Positions 27,833 to 36,377 of a DNA stretch of 64,000 bases are shown piece after piece. The stretch spans positions 4,476 through 68,475 of IMG/VR virus record IMGVR_UViG_3300012347_000106; one strand, given 5' to 3'. The notes under the pieces are model-generated. The model was not told the origin of the DNA. It ran no database searches and saw only the letters and a program-made list of their open reading frames with translations. A program made the translations under genes and the position numbers. The stretch's first letter is position 1; the number at the start of each line of letters is the position of its first letter. This DNA is from a virus.

Positions 27833-30291
27833 TCACCCTTTTTGGTTGGTTTATCCATGGCCGCGCGGCTCTTGGCGATGTCGATGCCCATGCGGACACC
27901 CTCGCGCTCTTGGTCGGACTGCAGTTTCTTCTCCGCCTGCTGAGCTTGCTGGCCGGCTTTGAAGCCATCCAGCTCCATCTTGCCTTCCAACGCTTGCTTT
28001 TTGAGCTCCAGCTCGTCGGCTTTGGCGGCGGAGTCGAGCTGCAGCTTCTTCTCTTTGATGCCGATCTCGCGCTCCTTGAGCGCCAGTTCCTGCTGCTGCA
28101 TCTGAACCATCGGGTCCTGTTGCTGCTGCTGGGCCTGCTCTTGGGCTGCCTTCGCCTGATTCACCTGCAAAACCTGCTGAGCAGCCTGAGCCATCATGCT
28201 CGACAGGGCCAATTCGACCTCTGGTGGCAGGTCCTGATCGTCTGGCGGCAGGGAGATACCCATCTGCTGCTCGATTTTCTGGCGGTAGGCAAAGCCTGCG
28301 TGCTCCGCAATGTGAGCCATCATGGCTGCCTGCATGGCCTGCGCCTGTGGGTTTTGCCCGATCAACTTCATGATCTCGGGGTCCTGCATTGCGGACATGT
28401 GCACCTGAATGTGCGCTTGGTGGTCCTGATACTGGAACGCCTTGACAGGTTTCATGTTGATGACGGCCATGTTCTCGAACACGGGGTCCTTCGGCTTCAT
28501 GTCTTCCTTGAGCGGGATCAGCTTGTCGGCGTTCTTGATGCCCAAGACCTCAACCATCTGGCGGTGCAGCTGCGGCAGGTCATAAATCTGGGGGGCGCCC
28601 TGCGACATCTGGAACACAGCTTGGTACTGCATGATCCGCTGGGCCATGGTCGAGCTGTTGGGGTCCGACACGGGGATCACGTCCACCATGTCGTAGTCCG
28701 CGCGCTTGGCCGCGCGGTCACCGCCGGCCGGGCTGTACTCGTACGCCACAGGGGTGTTGTCGCGGATGATCTCTTTGAGGAGCTTGAACTCCTGCTTCAT
28801 GGCGAAGTGCACACGCGCCTGCACGGCCGACATGGTTTTCAGCTGACGCTCCAGCAAAGCCAGCGTGGTACCCACCGGAGCGTTTGCGCTCATGTCGGAG
28901 ACGTTCATGTCCGCAATCGAGCCCAGACGGCGGGCTTCCTCCGTGATGCGGTCCAGCAGAGCTGCCAGAACTTGGCTTGGCTCCTTGTACGGCAGGGGCA
29001 TGATGTTGTCACGCACAGTGCCGCTGGTCACGTCCACGTCGCGGAACTCACCGGGAGCGATCGGGGTGTCGTCGCCTTTGATGCGCAGGCCGCGGGCCTT
29101 CAAGCCACCGGGCAAGTTGCTCAGCGTGCCGGCGTCGACCAGCTGACGAATCAGGGATGTGCCCGCACGGGCGTAGCCGCCAATCAGGTGGATGTAGCCG
29201 ATGCCATAGGCGCCGAACCCGGGGATGTAATCGTATTGGACGAAGTGCTGGCGCTTGAGTTTGACCTCGTCGTCCTCTTTCCAGTTACGGTAGATGGACA
29301 GGACTTCGTTGGTGCCGCGGTCGATCGTGATGACGTATGGGCGGGCCACTTCATCCTCGTCCTCGTAGCCGGGCAGGTCCATGTCGACGTGCACCTCGAA
29401 GAACTGGTAACGGTCGTCGTCTGTGAGGGAAAAGCCTGTGTCCTTGGCCTTCTGCTTCTCAATGTCGGAGGGGTACGACTTGGGCTCGCCCAGATCGACA
29501 TCACGGTAAAACCCGGTGACCTGCAGCTTCTTGACTTCGTTCTTGGTCTTGCGCAGGACGTGCGTGGCGCGCTCGGCTGTGCGGATGCCGGTCGATCCGT
29601 AAGGGAGGATCACGTCTTCGGCGGGCACAAAGATCGAGACCTGACGGTTCAAGCTCGGGTCAAAGTAGACCTTTTTGAACGCAGCGCCGGCCAGTCCCAA
29701 GTTGAACAGCATGCGCTCGTGCTCAGGGCGGTACTCGGGCATCTGCTCGGTGAGCTTGAAGTTCATGTCGTCGCGCACGCGCTCGGCAGCTTCTTCCTTG
29801 AGCTTGTCGATCGCACCGATGATTTCGGTCTTGACGGGGCCCTGAGCTGGGAACGTCTCGATGATCGTCTCGGACTGGAATCGCACAGCCGCTTCTGTCA
29901 GCAGTGTGCTGAACACGCCGCAGGCGCCGTCCCACGGCTCGGTGCGCTCTTCGTACTTCATGCCGAGGACTTCGAGGCCCTTGGTATAGATGTCAACCCA
30001 GTCTTTACGGCCGGTGATGTCGGCTTCGATCAGCGCAACCAGATCAGACGCCACAGTCTGCAGGTCGCCCTCATCCATGAACTCGGCGAGGTTGGAGTCG
30101 AACTTCTCTGAGCCGTCGTCCCGCTCTGGCATGAGGTCAATCTCCATGCCGTCGATGCCGATCTTCACGCCTTCTGGGTCTTCGATCTCAATCTCAATCG
30201 CGGGGGTGTCGTCGTGCTGGATACCGGCAAGGGGGTCAAGTCCCATGGGTGCGGGTACCAGTGCGGGGTTCATGCTGTTCGATGCGGCCAT
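27829..30291 (-). CDS. portal protein
   Basis: 820 aa, immediately downstream of TerL. The C-terminal Gln-rich helical segment (QVNQAKAAQEQAQQQQQDPMVQMQQQELALKEREIGIKEKK) resembles P22-type portal barrel extensions. Confidence 0.75.
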   Translation of the reverse strand: MAASNSMNPALVPAPMGLDPLAGIQHDDTPAIEIEIEDPEGVKIGIDGMEIDLMPERDDGSEKFDSNLAEFMDEGDLQTVASDLVALIEADITGRKDWVDIYTKGLEVLGMKYEERTEPWDGACGVFSTLLTEAAVRFQSETIIETFPAQGPVKTEIIGAIDKLKEEAAERVRDDMNFKLTEQMPEYRPEHERMLFNLGLAGAAFKKVYFDPSLNRQVSIFVPAEDVILPYGSTGIRTAERATHVLRKTKNEVKKLQVTGFYRDVDLGEPKSYPSDIEKQKAKDTGFSLTDDDRYQFFEVHVDMDLPGYEDEDEVARPYVITIDRGTNEVLSIYRNWKEDDEVKLKRQHFVQYDYIPGFGAYGIGYIHLIGGYARAGTSLIRQLVDAGTLSNLPGGLKARGLRIKGDDTPIAPGEFRDVDVTSGTVRDNIMPLPYKEPSQVLAALLDRITEEARRLGSIADMNVSDMSANAPVGTTLALLERQLKTMSAVQARVHFAMKQEFKLLKEIIRDNTPVAYEYSPAGGDRAAKRADYDMVDVIPVSDPNSSTMAQRIMQYQAVFQMSQGAPQIYDLPQLHRQMVEVLGIKNADKLIPLKEDMKPKDPVFENMAVINMKPVKAFQYQDHQAHIQVHMSAMQDPEIMKLIGQNPQAQAMQAAMMAHIAEHAGFAYRQKIEQQMGISLPPDDQDLPPEVELALSSMMAQAAQQVLQVNQAKAAQEQAQQQQQDPMVQMQQQELALKEREIGIKEKKLQLDSAAKADELELKKQALEGKMELDGFKAGQQAQQAEKKLQSDQEREGVRMGIDIAKSRAAMDKPTKKGE

Positions 30292-30300
30292 TTCGGGTCC

Positions 30301-31818
30301 TTAGTAATACGCGGCCCGGCGGGGCTGCTGGAAAGCTTGATTATCCTCGTGGTCTGTGCTTAGACGCAACAGGCCACCTTTGCGCACGCGCATCAAGGCC
30401 AGAGTCATCGTGTCCACCTCGTCGTCGTGCTCGCCGGCCGGGAACGCCAAAATCTCCTCGACGGTCTGCGCAGCCCACGAAGTCTCGGGGAACCAGACGT
30501 GGCCGGAGGCGAACATGTCGGCTACGGCGTTGAGCCGGGCGATCTTGTCCTGACCCTTACCCGGGCTGAAGTCCTGCACAAATACGCCAGAGCGGCGCAT
30601 CTCGTCGATCAGCGGCTGACCGCTGGCTTTCGCTTCCACAATCACGCTGTCCGGCTCCCAGTCGGCGTACTGCTCGTGGGCCATGGCTTTGAGCTCGGGG
30701 AACTCATACTTGCCCTTGACCTTGTTGAGCAGAATGACGTTCTGGGTGTTGTCCTCCTCGTTATGCCACACACCCCACGTATGGCACACAGAAAAGTCCG
30801 AGCGCTGCTTGGTGGTGAGCGCCGTATCGAACGCCTGCACGGTGAAGTCAATCTTGGGCGGCATATCGCCCTTCCACCATTTAATCCATTCCCGCTTGAT
30901 GATCGCAGCCTCGGCAGCTGTTGGGTTCTGCTGGTACTGGGCATACCACTGCCACATGATGTGGTGCATCGACGCCCGAGTCTGCTGCAGGCTTTCTAGT
31001 GTCCACTGCTCTGGCCAGATGGATTTCTCGTTCTCGGTGCCCTCGTTCAGGATGGCCGGGAACTCAAACGCCTCGTAGTTGTCTCCGCCCTCGTTCATGG
31101 CAGAGTCTTTGAGCAGCCGGCCGATCAGGTCCCGCTGGTGCCACCGGGTGTGGAGTACGCAGATTTTCCCGTCTGGCATCAGACGTGTTCGCAGACCGGC
31201 ACTGAACCATTCGTAGGCGTTGTCCAGCGAGTTGGTGTTACCCGCCTTGATGTCCTGCTCGGACAACGGATCGTCAGCAATGATGAGGTGGGCACCTCGG
31301 CCGGCCAGCGCGCCGCCCACACCGATCGCAAAGTATTCACCGCCCGCAGTGGTGTTCCACTGGGCAGCCGCCTTGGCGTCACTTGCAATCTTGGTGTTCG
31401 GGAAAATTCGGGCGTATTCCGGAGAGTTAATCAGGTTCCGCACCTTGCGTGCCATGACAATCGCCAAGTCAGCAGTGTGGGACGCCACGATCACCTTGTG
31501 GTCCGGGTGCCGGCCGAGGTACCAAGCGGGGTAGTAGATGGAGATCATCTGGGACTTGCCCATACGCGGCGCCATGCTCACGGCGATCCGGTTTTTGATG
31601 TTCTCCTCCACATCCATCAGGAGGGAGCCCAGCCTTTTGAGGTGGGCACCGAATTTGTAGCTCTTGTCGACCGCCGCAATGAACGCAAGGAAGTCATCCT
31701 GCGCCGCCTGCACAGATTTACGCTCTTCGAGCTCATCAAACATGGCCAGCAGCTCCGCCGCCTCGGCATGAGGCATGCTTTTCACCAATTTTTCGACGAT
31801 TGCGGGCGTGAGCTGCAT
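30301..31818 (-). CDS. terL: terminase large subunit
   Basis: 505 aa with an N-terminal ATPase region (Walker A-like) and a C-terminal nuclease-type acidic motifs (IIADDP, HEDNQ). Conserved TerL architecture, directly upstream of the portal. Confidence 0.85.
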   Translation of the reverse strand: MQLTPAIVEKLVKSMPHAEAAELLAMFDELEERKSVQAAQDDFLAFIAAVDKSYKFGAHLKRLGSLLMDVEENIKNRIAVSMAPRMGKSQMISIYYPAWYLGRHPDHKVIVASHTADLAIVMARKVRNLINSPEYARIFPNTKIASDAKAAAQWNTTAGGEYFAIGVGGALAGRGAHLIIADDPLSEQDIKAGNTNSLDNAYEWFSAGLRTRLMPDGKICVLHTRWHQRDLIGRLLKDSAMNEGGDNYEAFEFPAILNEGTENEKSIWPEQWTLESLQQTRASMHHIMWQWYAQYQQNPTAAEAAIIKREWIKWWKGDMPPKIDFTVQAFDTALTTKQRSDFSVCHTWGVWHNEEDNTQNVILLNKVKGKYEFPELKAMAHEQYADWEPDSVIVEAKASGQPLIDEMRRSGVFVQDFSPGKGQDKIARLNAVADMFASGHVWFPETSWAAQTVEEILAFPAGEHDDEVDTMTLALMRVRKGGLLRLSTDHEDNQAFQQPRRAAYY

Positions 31819-31830
31819 TTTTTGGGGTGT

Positions 31831-32439
31831 TTATTTGGCGTCTACGTCGTCAACGGAGATTTCTGGCATGGTTGGCCGGGCAGTTGGGGTCACTTCCCCC
31901 TCAATTACCTTGGTCAGGCGCTCGCGCAGCAGCTGTTCGAGCTCTTCAGTCGGCCGATGGCGCATCGTGATCTCGGTTTTGTCCGTAAACAGCCCCACGT
32001 CGGACACTTTGCCCAGCAATTCCAGCGATTTGAGCCGGATTCGTGGGTCGGCATTGGCAGTTTCTGCCAAAAGCTTGTTGGTTACGTATGTTCTGAGCTG
32101 CGCCGCGGACTTCACGACGGTCTTGTCGTACTCGTTGAGCAGAGATTGCAGGTAAACCACCACCGGTGGGGACGATAGGTCCTGATCCGAGGCCAGTTGC
32201 TGGCCTGAAAAGATGGCACGGGCCAAATCTTTGTCTTCTTCGGCAATCTGGGAGGGGTCTGGCAGCCCATCGGAGTCCACCAATGCAGACATGGCAGCAG
32301 CCACCCGGGCCTCAAGGGACTCGAATGTGGGTGAGAAGTCCGCAAGCGGGACGTCGTAGTCGATGGTTGTCTGGTATGCCATGGGAGGGAATCGCACTCC
32401 TGTGTGTTGGGCGGATTGTAGTGTAATTTTTTTAGCCAT
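31831..32439 (-). CDS. putative terminase small subunit / first late gene
   Basis: 202-aa ORF immediately upstream of TerL at the start of the late operon. No recognisable motif. Confidence 0.4.
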   Translation of the reverse strand: MAKKITLQSAQHTGVRFPPMAYQTTIDYDVPLADFSPTFESLEARVAAAMSALVDSDGLPDPSQIAEEDKDLARAIFSGQQLASDQDLSSPPVVVYLQSLLNEYDKTVVKSAAQLRTYVTNKLLAETANADPRIRLKSLELLGKVSDVGLFTDKTEITMRHRPTEELEQLLRERLTKVIEGEVTPTARPTMPEISVDDVDAK

Positions 32440-32479
32440 GCATTTTATTTTCGATGGGGGGCCTTTCCTGTATGAAGGG

Positions 32480-32505
32480 GGTGGGGGTCCCCCAATATCG
32501 GAATT
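32480..32505. promoter_or_regulatory. perfect 26-bp palindrome (CCCAATATCGG-AATT-CCGATATTGGG) in divergent promoter hub; candidate operator
   Basis: Exact reverse-complement symmetry around a GAATTC centre. It lies between the late-operon start (32439) and the early promoter (32668), just downstream of a TATATAAT element on the minus strand. Confidence 0.55.
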
Positions 32506-32520
32506 CCGATATTGGGTTTA
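32506..32520 (-). promoter_or_regulatory. candidate late promoter -10 region (TATATAAT)
   Basis: AT-rich TATATAAT about 70 nt upstream of the first late gene. No good -35. Confidence 0.3.
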
Positions 32521-32667
32521 ATTATATATAGGAGTGTGGGGAAGAGGTGGTGGCGGCTACGACACTCAGCGTAAGCGGACGCGAGGAGTCCCAGTTGCCA
32601 GTTGGACGCCCCGGGGTAGGGTGGGGTTTGGCCTCCAGACTTTTAAGGTTAGGAGTTTGGGTAAGCG

Positions 32668-32696
32668 TTGACAATACCTATATACCTATATACAAT
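32668..32696 (+). promoter_or_regulatory. early promoter P1, sigma70-like (TTGACA-17-TACAAT)
   Basis: Consensus -35 TTGACA, 17-nt spacer, -10 TACAAT, 50 nt upstream of the first early gene. Confidence 0.7.
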
Positions 32697-32745
32697 TGAT
32701 CCCATCGACGCAATACCGCTTCGATACATCCTAAAGGAAATCATC

Positions 32746-33276
32746 ATGTCAGTTATCAATGCATCCATCATCAACGCCGTCATCAAGTCTTTTGAGGGCG
32801 AAGCCAAAGCCATCGCCAAAGCTCGCACGGCTCAGGACAAAGCCATCCAGTCAGCACTCGATGCCATGTTTATCGCTTGCGACAAGCCAAAGGCTGAGTT
32901 TCTCAAAGGTAACGCCAAGACCAATCCAGCACGGGGCCAGATCAAAGGCATGTTCGACGCCATCGTCGAGGCCGGTTACATCAGCAAGTCGTCAGGCGCA
33001 TCGTATCAGTCAGCCTTCTGGATTGCCTTCGAGCAGGGCGTCGAGTTCAAGCGTGATCTGAACAACAAGAAAGACAAGACCGAAGGCGGCGAAGCCAAGA
33101 CAAGCGCCAAAGCATCGGGCGCAGTGCAAAGCACCAGCCGCACCGACTTGGACAAGACACTCAGCAAAGCAATGGCGCAGGCCCGCTTGCTTGGCTTGCT
33201 GGATTTTGCGGCTGACTTGGTTGACTTGTGCCAAGACCGCTTGGATGGTTTCGAGGAAACCGTGCTCAGCAAGTGA
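32746..33276 (+). CDS. early protein, hypothetical (helical, Lys/Ala-rich)
   Basis: The ORF track ORF starts at the TTG of the -35 element. The true start is ATG at 32746 with an AAAGGA SD. 176 aa. Confidence 0.55.
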   Translation: MSVINASIINAVIKSFEGEAKAIAKARTAQDKAIQSALDAMFIACDKPKAEFLKGNAKTNPARGQIKGMFDAIVEAGYISKSSGASYQSAFWIAFEQGVEFKRDLNNKKDKTEGGEAKTSAKASGAVQSTSRTDLDKTLSKAMAQARLLGLLDFAADLVDLCQDRLDGFEETVLSK

Positions 33277-33281
33277 TACCC

Positions 33282-33325
33282 AAGGGCGCAAGCCCTTGCC
33301 GCCCGGCTTCGGCCGGGCTTTTTTT
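33282..33325 (+). terminator. tandem-hairpin intrinsic terminator
   Basis: AAGGGCgcaaGCCCTT, then GCCCGGCttcgGCCGGGC, followed by TTTTTTT. Confidence 0.7.
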
Positions 33326-33475
33326 CGCCTGTACTTTTTGGAGCCCGAGTTTCCCCACGTCTGTGGGGAAACGTCATAGTAGTGCGACCGTGCGGGAGAG
33401 TGAGCGGGAGTACACGCAGCCGAGTGTGAGGGAGTGGCAGGCACCGGGCGACCGCAGCGCCGGGCCGCCGAAAAG

Positions 33476-33491
33476 TTTTAAGCTTAAAAGT
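33476..33491. repeat. palindromic early-region motif copy (variant TTTTAAGCTTAAAAG)
   Basis: Member of the CTTTTAAGGTTAAAAG family. Confidence 0.6.
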
Positions 33492-33613
33492 ATTGCCTTG
33501 TTGTTGTTGCGGAACAGACGTACAAAAAATCAGGGTGCGTTACAAAACCCCTGTATCAGAACTAAAGCAAAATAGCCCACGGAAAAACTGCAATGAAATC
33601 AACAACTTACAGC

Positions 33614-33630
33614 AGAGAGAGAGAGAGAGA
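33614..33630. repeat. (GA)8-9 dinucleotide microsatellite
   Basis: agagagagagagagaga inside the inverted-repeat-bounded element. Confidence 0.8.
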
Positions 33631-33715
33631 TTAGATATTTATTTGTTTATTGTTACTGATGTACAGGCTTTTAGGTATGAAAAGCTAGGAAAGGTCTTTG
33701 GCTCATTGGCAGAAG

Positions 33716-33730
33716 TTTTAATGTTAAAAG
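33716..33730. repeat. palindromic early-region motif copy (variant TTTTAATGTTAAAAG)
   Basis: Inside the inverted-repeat-bounded element. Confidence 0.6.
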
Positions 33731-33962
33731 TTTGGCCCGGTCAAGGGGTCTCTGGCAGGCTCCACAACCCCTGTATCCACGTCACCGTGAAGATAATAGC
33801 ACCCCCGTTCTCCTCAACCCCCTGTGTTTGTGGGGCTTCCACGCAATCACTTTACATTCCTTGTATCGTAGCAACTTTCCCCATTTGTGTACATCTGTTC
33901 CGCAACAACAACCAGCGAACCCGTGATATACTGGGCACCCCAACAACCAGTCAAGGACTACT

Positions 33963-34763
33963 ATGACCGACCCCATGACCTCCATCACCCTCGAAATCCC
34001 CACCGCCGTGGCCCACAAAATCTCCGAGACTGCCCCCGGCACCCTTGCAGAGACGGCACTCATCGCCCTGCGACTCTACCACGGCTTGGGACTCGACGCC
34101 CGCACCACACTCACCGAGCTGGCCACACACCACAGCCTCACCCCTGCCAAAACCCTGCGACTTGCCATTGAGCAACTGAAGGCGGACACCACACGCTTGC
34201 AGCTTGGTACGGGCACGGCTGGCCGACCCATTGTGAACGGCGACCGTGATGCAGATATATATGCCAAGACCCGGACAGGCATCACCCATGCCACCATCGC
34301 CGCTGCGTACGGCATCTCCCTCGTGCGCGTTGGGCAGATCGTGGCCAAGCAACGTGCCATAAATAAGGACACTACCAAACGGGCGACCCGCACCGCCAAT
34401 GACCCGTGGAATATCGGATTAGCTATGGACGCTGGCCTGAGCGCCGAGGCCGCTGCCGCCCGATACAACCTGACTGTGGACGAAGTGGCCGAACGATACG
34501 CCGCCTACCGCGCCAACTTGCCAGCCAACCCCAACATGCTCGACAAGATCAACGCCGGGCGCACCGCAGAGTCTTCGACTCAGGCAGCGTCTTCAACACA
34601 GGAAGTTTTAACCTTAAAAGAACCACCACGCAAACTGGCAGTCATCCCACCATCCATGAGGAACCCTGAACTGTTCGCAGAGGCCAAGCCGATCAAAATC
34701 CCTGACCCAGCCACAGTGGACATGTCCATGTTTGACCCAAACAACCCAGACTTCGCCATCTAA
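33963..34763 (+). CDS. early protein with HTH-like segment, putative DNA-binding regulator
   Basis: 266 aa with an AAGGA SD. The helix-turn-helix-like stretch ATIAAAYGISLVRVGQIVAKQ and a second AARYNLTVDEVAERYAAY segment. Confidence 0.5.
   Translation: MTDPMTSITLEIPTAVAHKISETAPGTLAETALIALRLYHGLGLDARTTLTELATHHSLTPAKTLRLAIEQLKADTTRLQLGTGTAGRPIVNGDRDADIYAKTRTGITHATIAAAYGISLVRVGQIVAKQRAINKDTTKRATRTANDPWNIGLAMDAGLSAEAAAARYNLTVDEVAERYAAYRANLPANPNMLDKINAGRTAESSTQAASSTQEVLTLKEPPRKLAVIPPSMRNPELFAEAKPIKIPDPATVDMSMFDPNNPDFAI
34606..34620. repeat. palindromic early-region motif copy (reverse orientation TTTTAACCTTAAAAG), inside a CDS
   Basis: Inside the 3' part of gene 33963..34763. Confidence 0.6.
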
Positions 34764-34775
34764 GGAGCCATTACT

Positions 34776-35027
34776 ATGACAACACCCGCCCCGACCTTTC
34801 ACACCATCGAGCTTGACCTTCCCCTTGATGTGGCCGATGAACTAGCTGCCAAGGCTGGCAGTGTCGATGCTGCCGTGGTTCACGCCCTGCAGGAATACCT
34901 CAAAACCGACTACAACTACAGGGACAAGGTCATCAAACACGTGCACAGCGTAGGCAAAACCGTGGAGGCCATAGCCCGAATCTATGCCATGAGCGAAGCC
35001 GACATCACTGCAATCATCAACAGCTAA
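34776..35027 (+). CDS. hypothetical small protein
   Basis: 83 aa with an AAGGAG SD. Confidence 0.5.
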   Translation: MTTPAPTFHTIELDLPLDVADELAAKAGSVDAAVVHALQEYLKTDYNYRDKVIKHVHSVGKTVEAIARIYAMSEADITAIINS

Positions 35028-35035
35028 GCCAAAAT

Positions 35036-35055
35036 GGGCCCTCTACGGAGGGCCC
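35036..35055. terminator. GC-rich hairpin (GGGCCCTC-tacg-GAGGGCCC), terminator-like
   Basis: Perfect 8-bp stem just after the stop of 34776..35027. No strong T-run on the plus strand and a weak one on the minus strand. Confidence 0.4.
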
Positions 35056-35074
35056 AAACCCCACCGAAATAGCT

Positions 35075-35103
35075 TGACATATATAGGTATTTGTGATAGA
35101 ATA
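35075..35103 (+). promoter_or_regulatory. early promoter P2, sigma70-like (TTGACA-17-TAGAAT)
   Basis: Same architecture and TATA-rich spacer as P1. Confidence 0.65.
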
Positions 35104-35598
35104 CATATATCGAGTTGAGCATCGTCTCCACTTTACAGCCAGCCTTATCCATGTGCGGCTCATGTTCGTTAACAACCCAGATACCGTTAGGATTAACCAT
35201 AACTTTTAAGGTTAAAGGTTTTCCGATCAAGCCGCCGTTGCACAAGCAAAAGTCGTGTACTAGGAATTACGCCAGACAGAGGGACAGCCACCAAGCATCC
35301 CCGACATGGATATGAGATCAGTCCCCACAGACGAGAAGGCGTCCCGTATAGCCGGGGCATGAGTGTGGAGTACGAGTAGTGTGATGAACATCACCGAAGA
35401 GGAAAGCACCATGCAATGCAAACGCATACTACTTAAATGGTCGGGTTCCTCTGTCAGAAATGAGCCATGAACCCTTGGGGGTGGGACAGCCACCGTGCTG
35501 GATATATCACCCCGACGCAACCTATCGTAGTCCAAGATATTTATATATCTTTCAGCGCATGGGCAACCGTGCGCTGTTGAATATGTAAGGAGAAACAC
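35104..35598 (+). ncRNA. candidate promoter-proximal noncoding RNA / long structured leader (about 490 nt)
   Basis: No credible ORF (the 66-73 aa ORFs have poor composition). It lies downstream of P2, contains one palindromic motif copy (about 35204-35218) and a duplicated GGGACAGCCACC box (about 35282 and about 35482). Confidence 0.3.
35204..35218. repeat. palindromic early-region motif copy
   Basis: TTTTAAGGTTAAAGG in the P2 leader. Confidence 0.6.
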
Positions 35599-35868
35599 AT
35601 GAACGAATACATCTGGGAGTGGCAGCAAGGTGACGGCGACCACATCTGGCTGAGAGATTTTTCAGGGCGACTGGCCCAAGAACGCAACAACAACTCAAGC
35701 TCGGTTGGGTACATCGAGCCGACCAAAGATGGCTGGCTCATAGCATCGTGGAACCCGCACAAGGAGATTGCAACGCTGCCGGACACGATGACCAAGGGTG
35801 AAGTCATGACCGTAGCCAAGACAATACTTTTAAGCTTAAAGCAAACTGGAAGTGAGGGAAGAGAATGA
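35599..35868 (+). CDS. hypothetical early protein
   Basis: 89 aa with an AAGGAG SD. Confidence 0.5.
   Translation: MNEYIWEWQQGDGDHIWLRDFSGRLAQERNNNSSSVGYIEPTKDGWLIASWNPHKEIATLPDTMTKGEVMTVAKTILLSLKQTGSEGRE
35827..35841. repeat. palindromic early-region motif copy (variant CTTTTAAGCTTAAAG)
   Basis: Just upstream of the 35865 start. Confidence 0.55.
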
Positions 35869-36131
35869 AACACAGATGGGAAACAGACGCACGATTTCCA
35901 GACGACTTTGATCTGGAGGTGCAGGTCACTGAAGACGACTGGCACATGATCGCCTTCATCCGATGGATAAAAACAGACAAGCACTACAAGTGCGTGTTCA
36001 TAAACATGGAGGGCGGCAAGTTCCCCGATGGCGAGATATTCAAGACCAAGCGCGGCGCCATGAACTTCTGCGTGCGCCACCTGCCTGTGATGTGGATCAG
36101 GCACAACGCAAACACTGGAGACAACTCATGA
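35865..36131 (+). CDS. hypothetical early protein
   Basis: 88 aa with an ATGA overlap with the upstream gene. Confidence 0.5.
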   Translation: MKHRWETDARFPDDFDLEVQVTEDDWHMIAFIRWIKTDKHYKCVFINMEGGKFPDGEIFKTKRGAMNFCVRHLPVMWIRHNANTGDNS

Positions 36132-36367
36132 ACTACTACTGGAGGAACGACGCTCGCACCCCACGCCAGCACTGGTTGCACGTTGACCCCGAAAACATAA
36201 TGATGAGAGTGGCAGGGCTGGTGTATGAGGTCACGCCCGATTCGTTCAGCGTATACGGCGAGGACTTCGAGAAGAACCCCTACGCCCGCAAGTTCCTCGG
36301 CACCATGCCTACGCTCGAAGAAGCCAAGGACATGCTGGTCACCATCACGGCCAGCCAAAACCTTTAA
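36128..36367 (+). CDS. hypothetical early protein
   Basis: Start placed at Met56 of the track ORF 35963..36367 (ATGA overlap with the upstream stop). 79 aa. Confidence 0.45.
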   Translation: MNYYWRNDARTPRQHWLHVDPENIMMRVAGLVYEVTPDSFSVYGEDFEKNPYARKFLGTMPTLEEAKDMLVTITASQNL

Positions 36368-36376
36368 GGTTAAAAG
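36362..36376. repeat. palindromic early-region motif copy
   Basis: CTTTAAGGTTAAAAG, then t, then the ATG of 36378. Confidence 0.65.
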
Positions 36377-36377
36377 T

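Larger units (their letters stand above)
33498..33913. mobile_element. about 416-bp noncoding element bounded by 24-27 bp imperfect inverted repeats (MITE-like / ori-like)
   Basis: Left arm ttgttgttgcggaacagaCgtaca (about 33501-33524). The reverse complement of the right arm (about 33887-33910) is ttgttgttgcggaacagaTgtaca. Both six-frame ORFs crossing the arms translate to CCCGTDV. The interior is AT-rich with a (GA)9 tract. Confidence 0.4.

Noticed and set aside
27910-30111. 733-aa plus-strand ORF antisense to the portal gene
   Set aside because: Leu/His/Val/Gly-rich low-complexity sequence. The minus-strand portal has the expected position and features. A long antisense ORF is expected in high-GC coding DNA.
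33493-34063. ORFs 33493..33966 (+) and 33782..34063 (-) spanning the inverted-repeat element
   Set aside because: Both are artefacts of the inverted repeat (each begins or ends with CCCGTDV from the repeat arm). Low-complexity, AT-rich interior.
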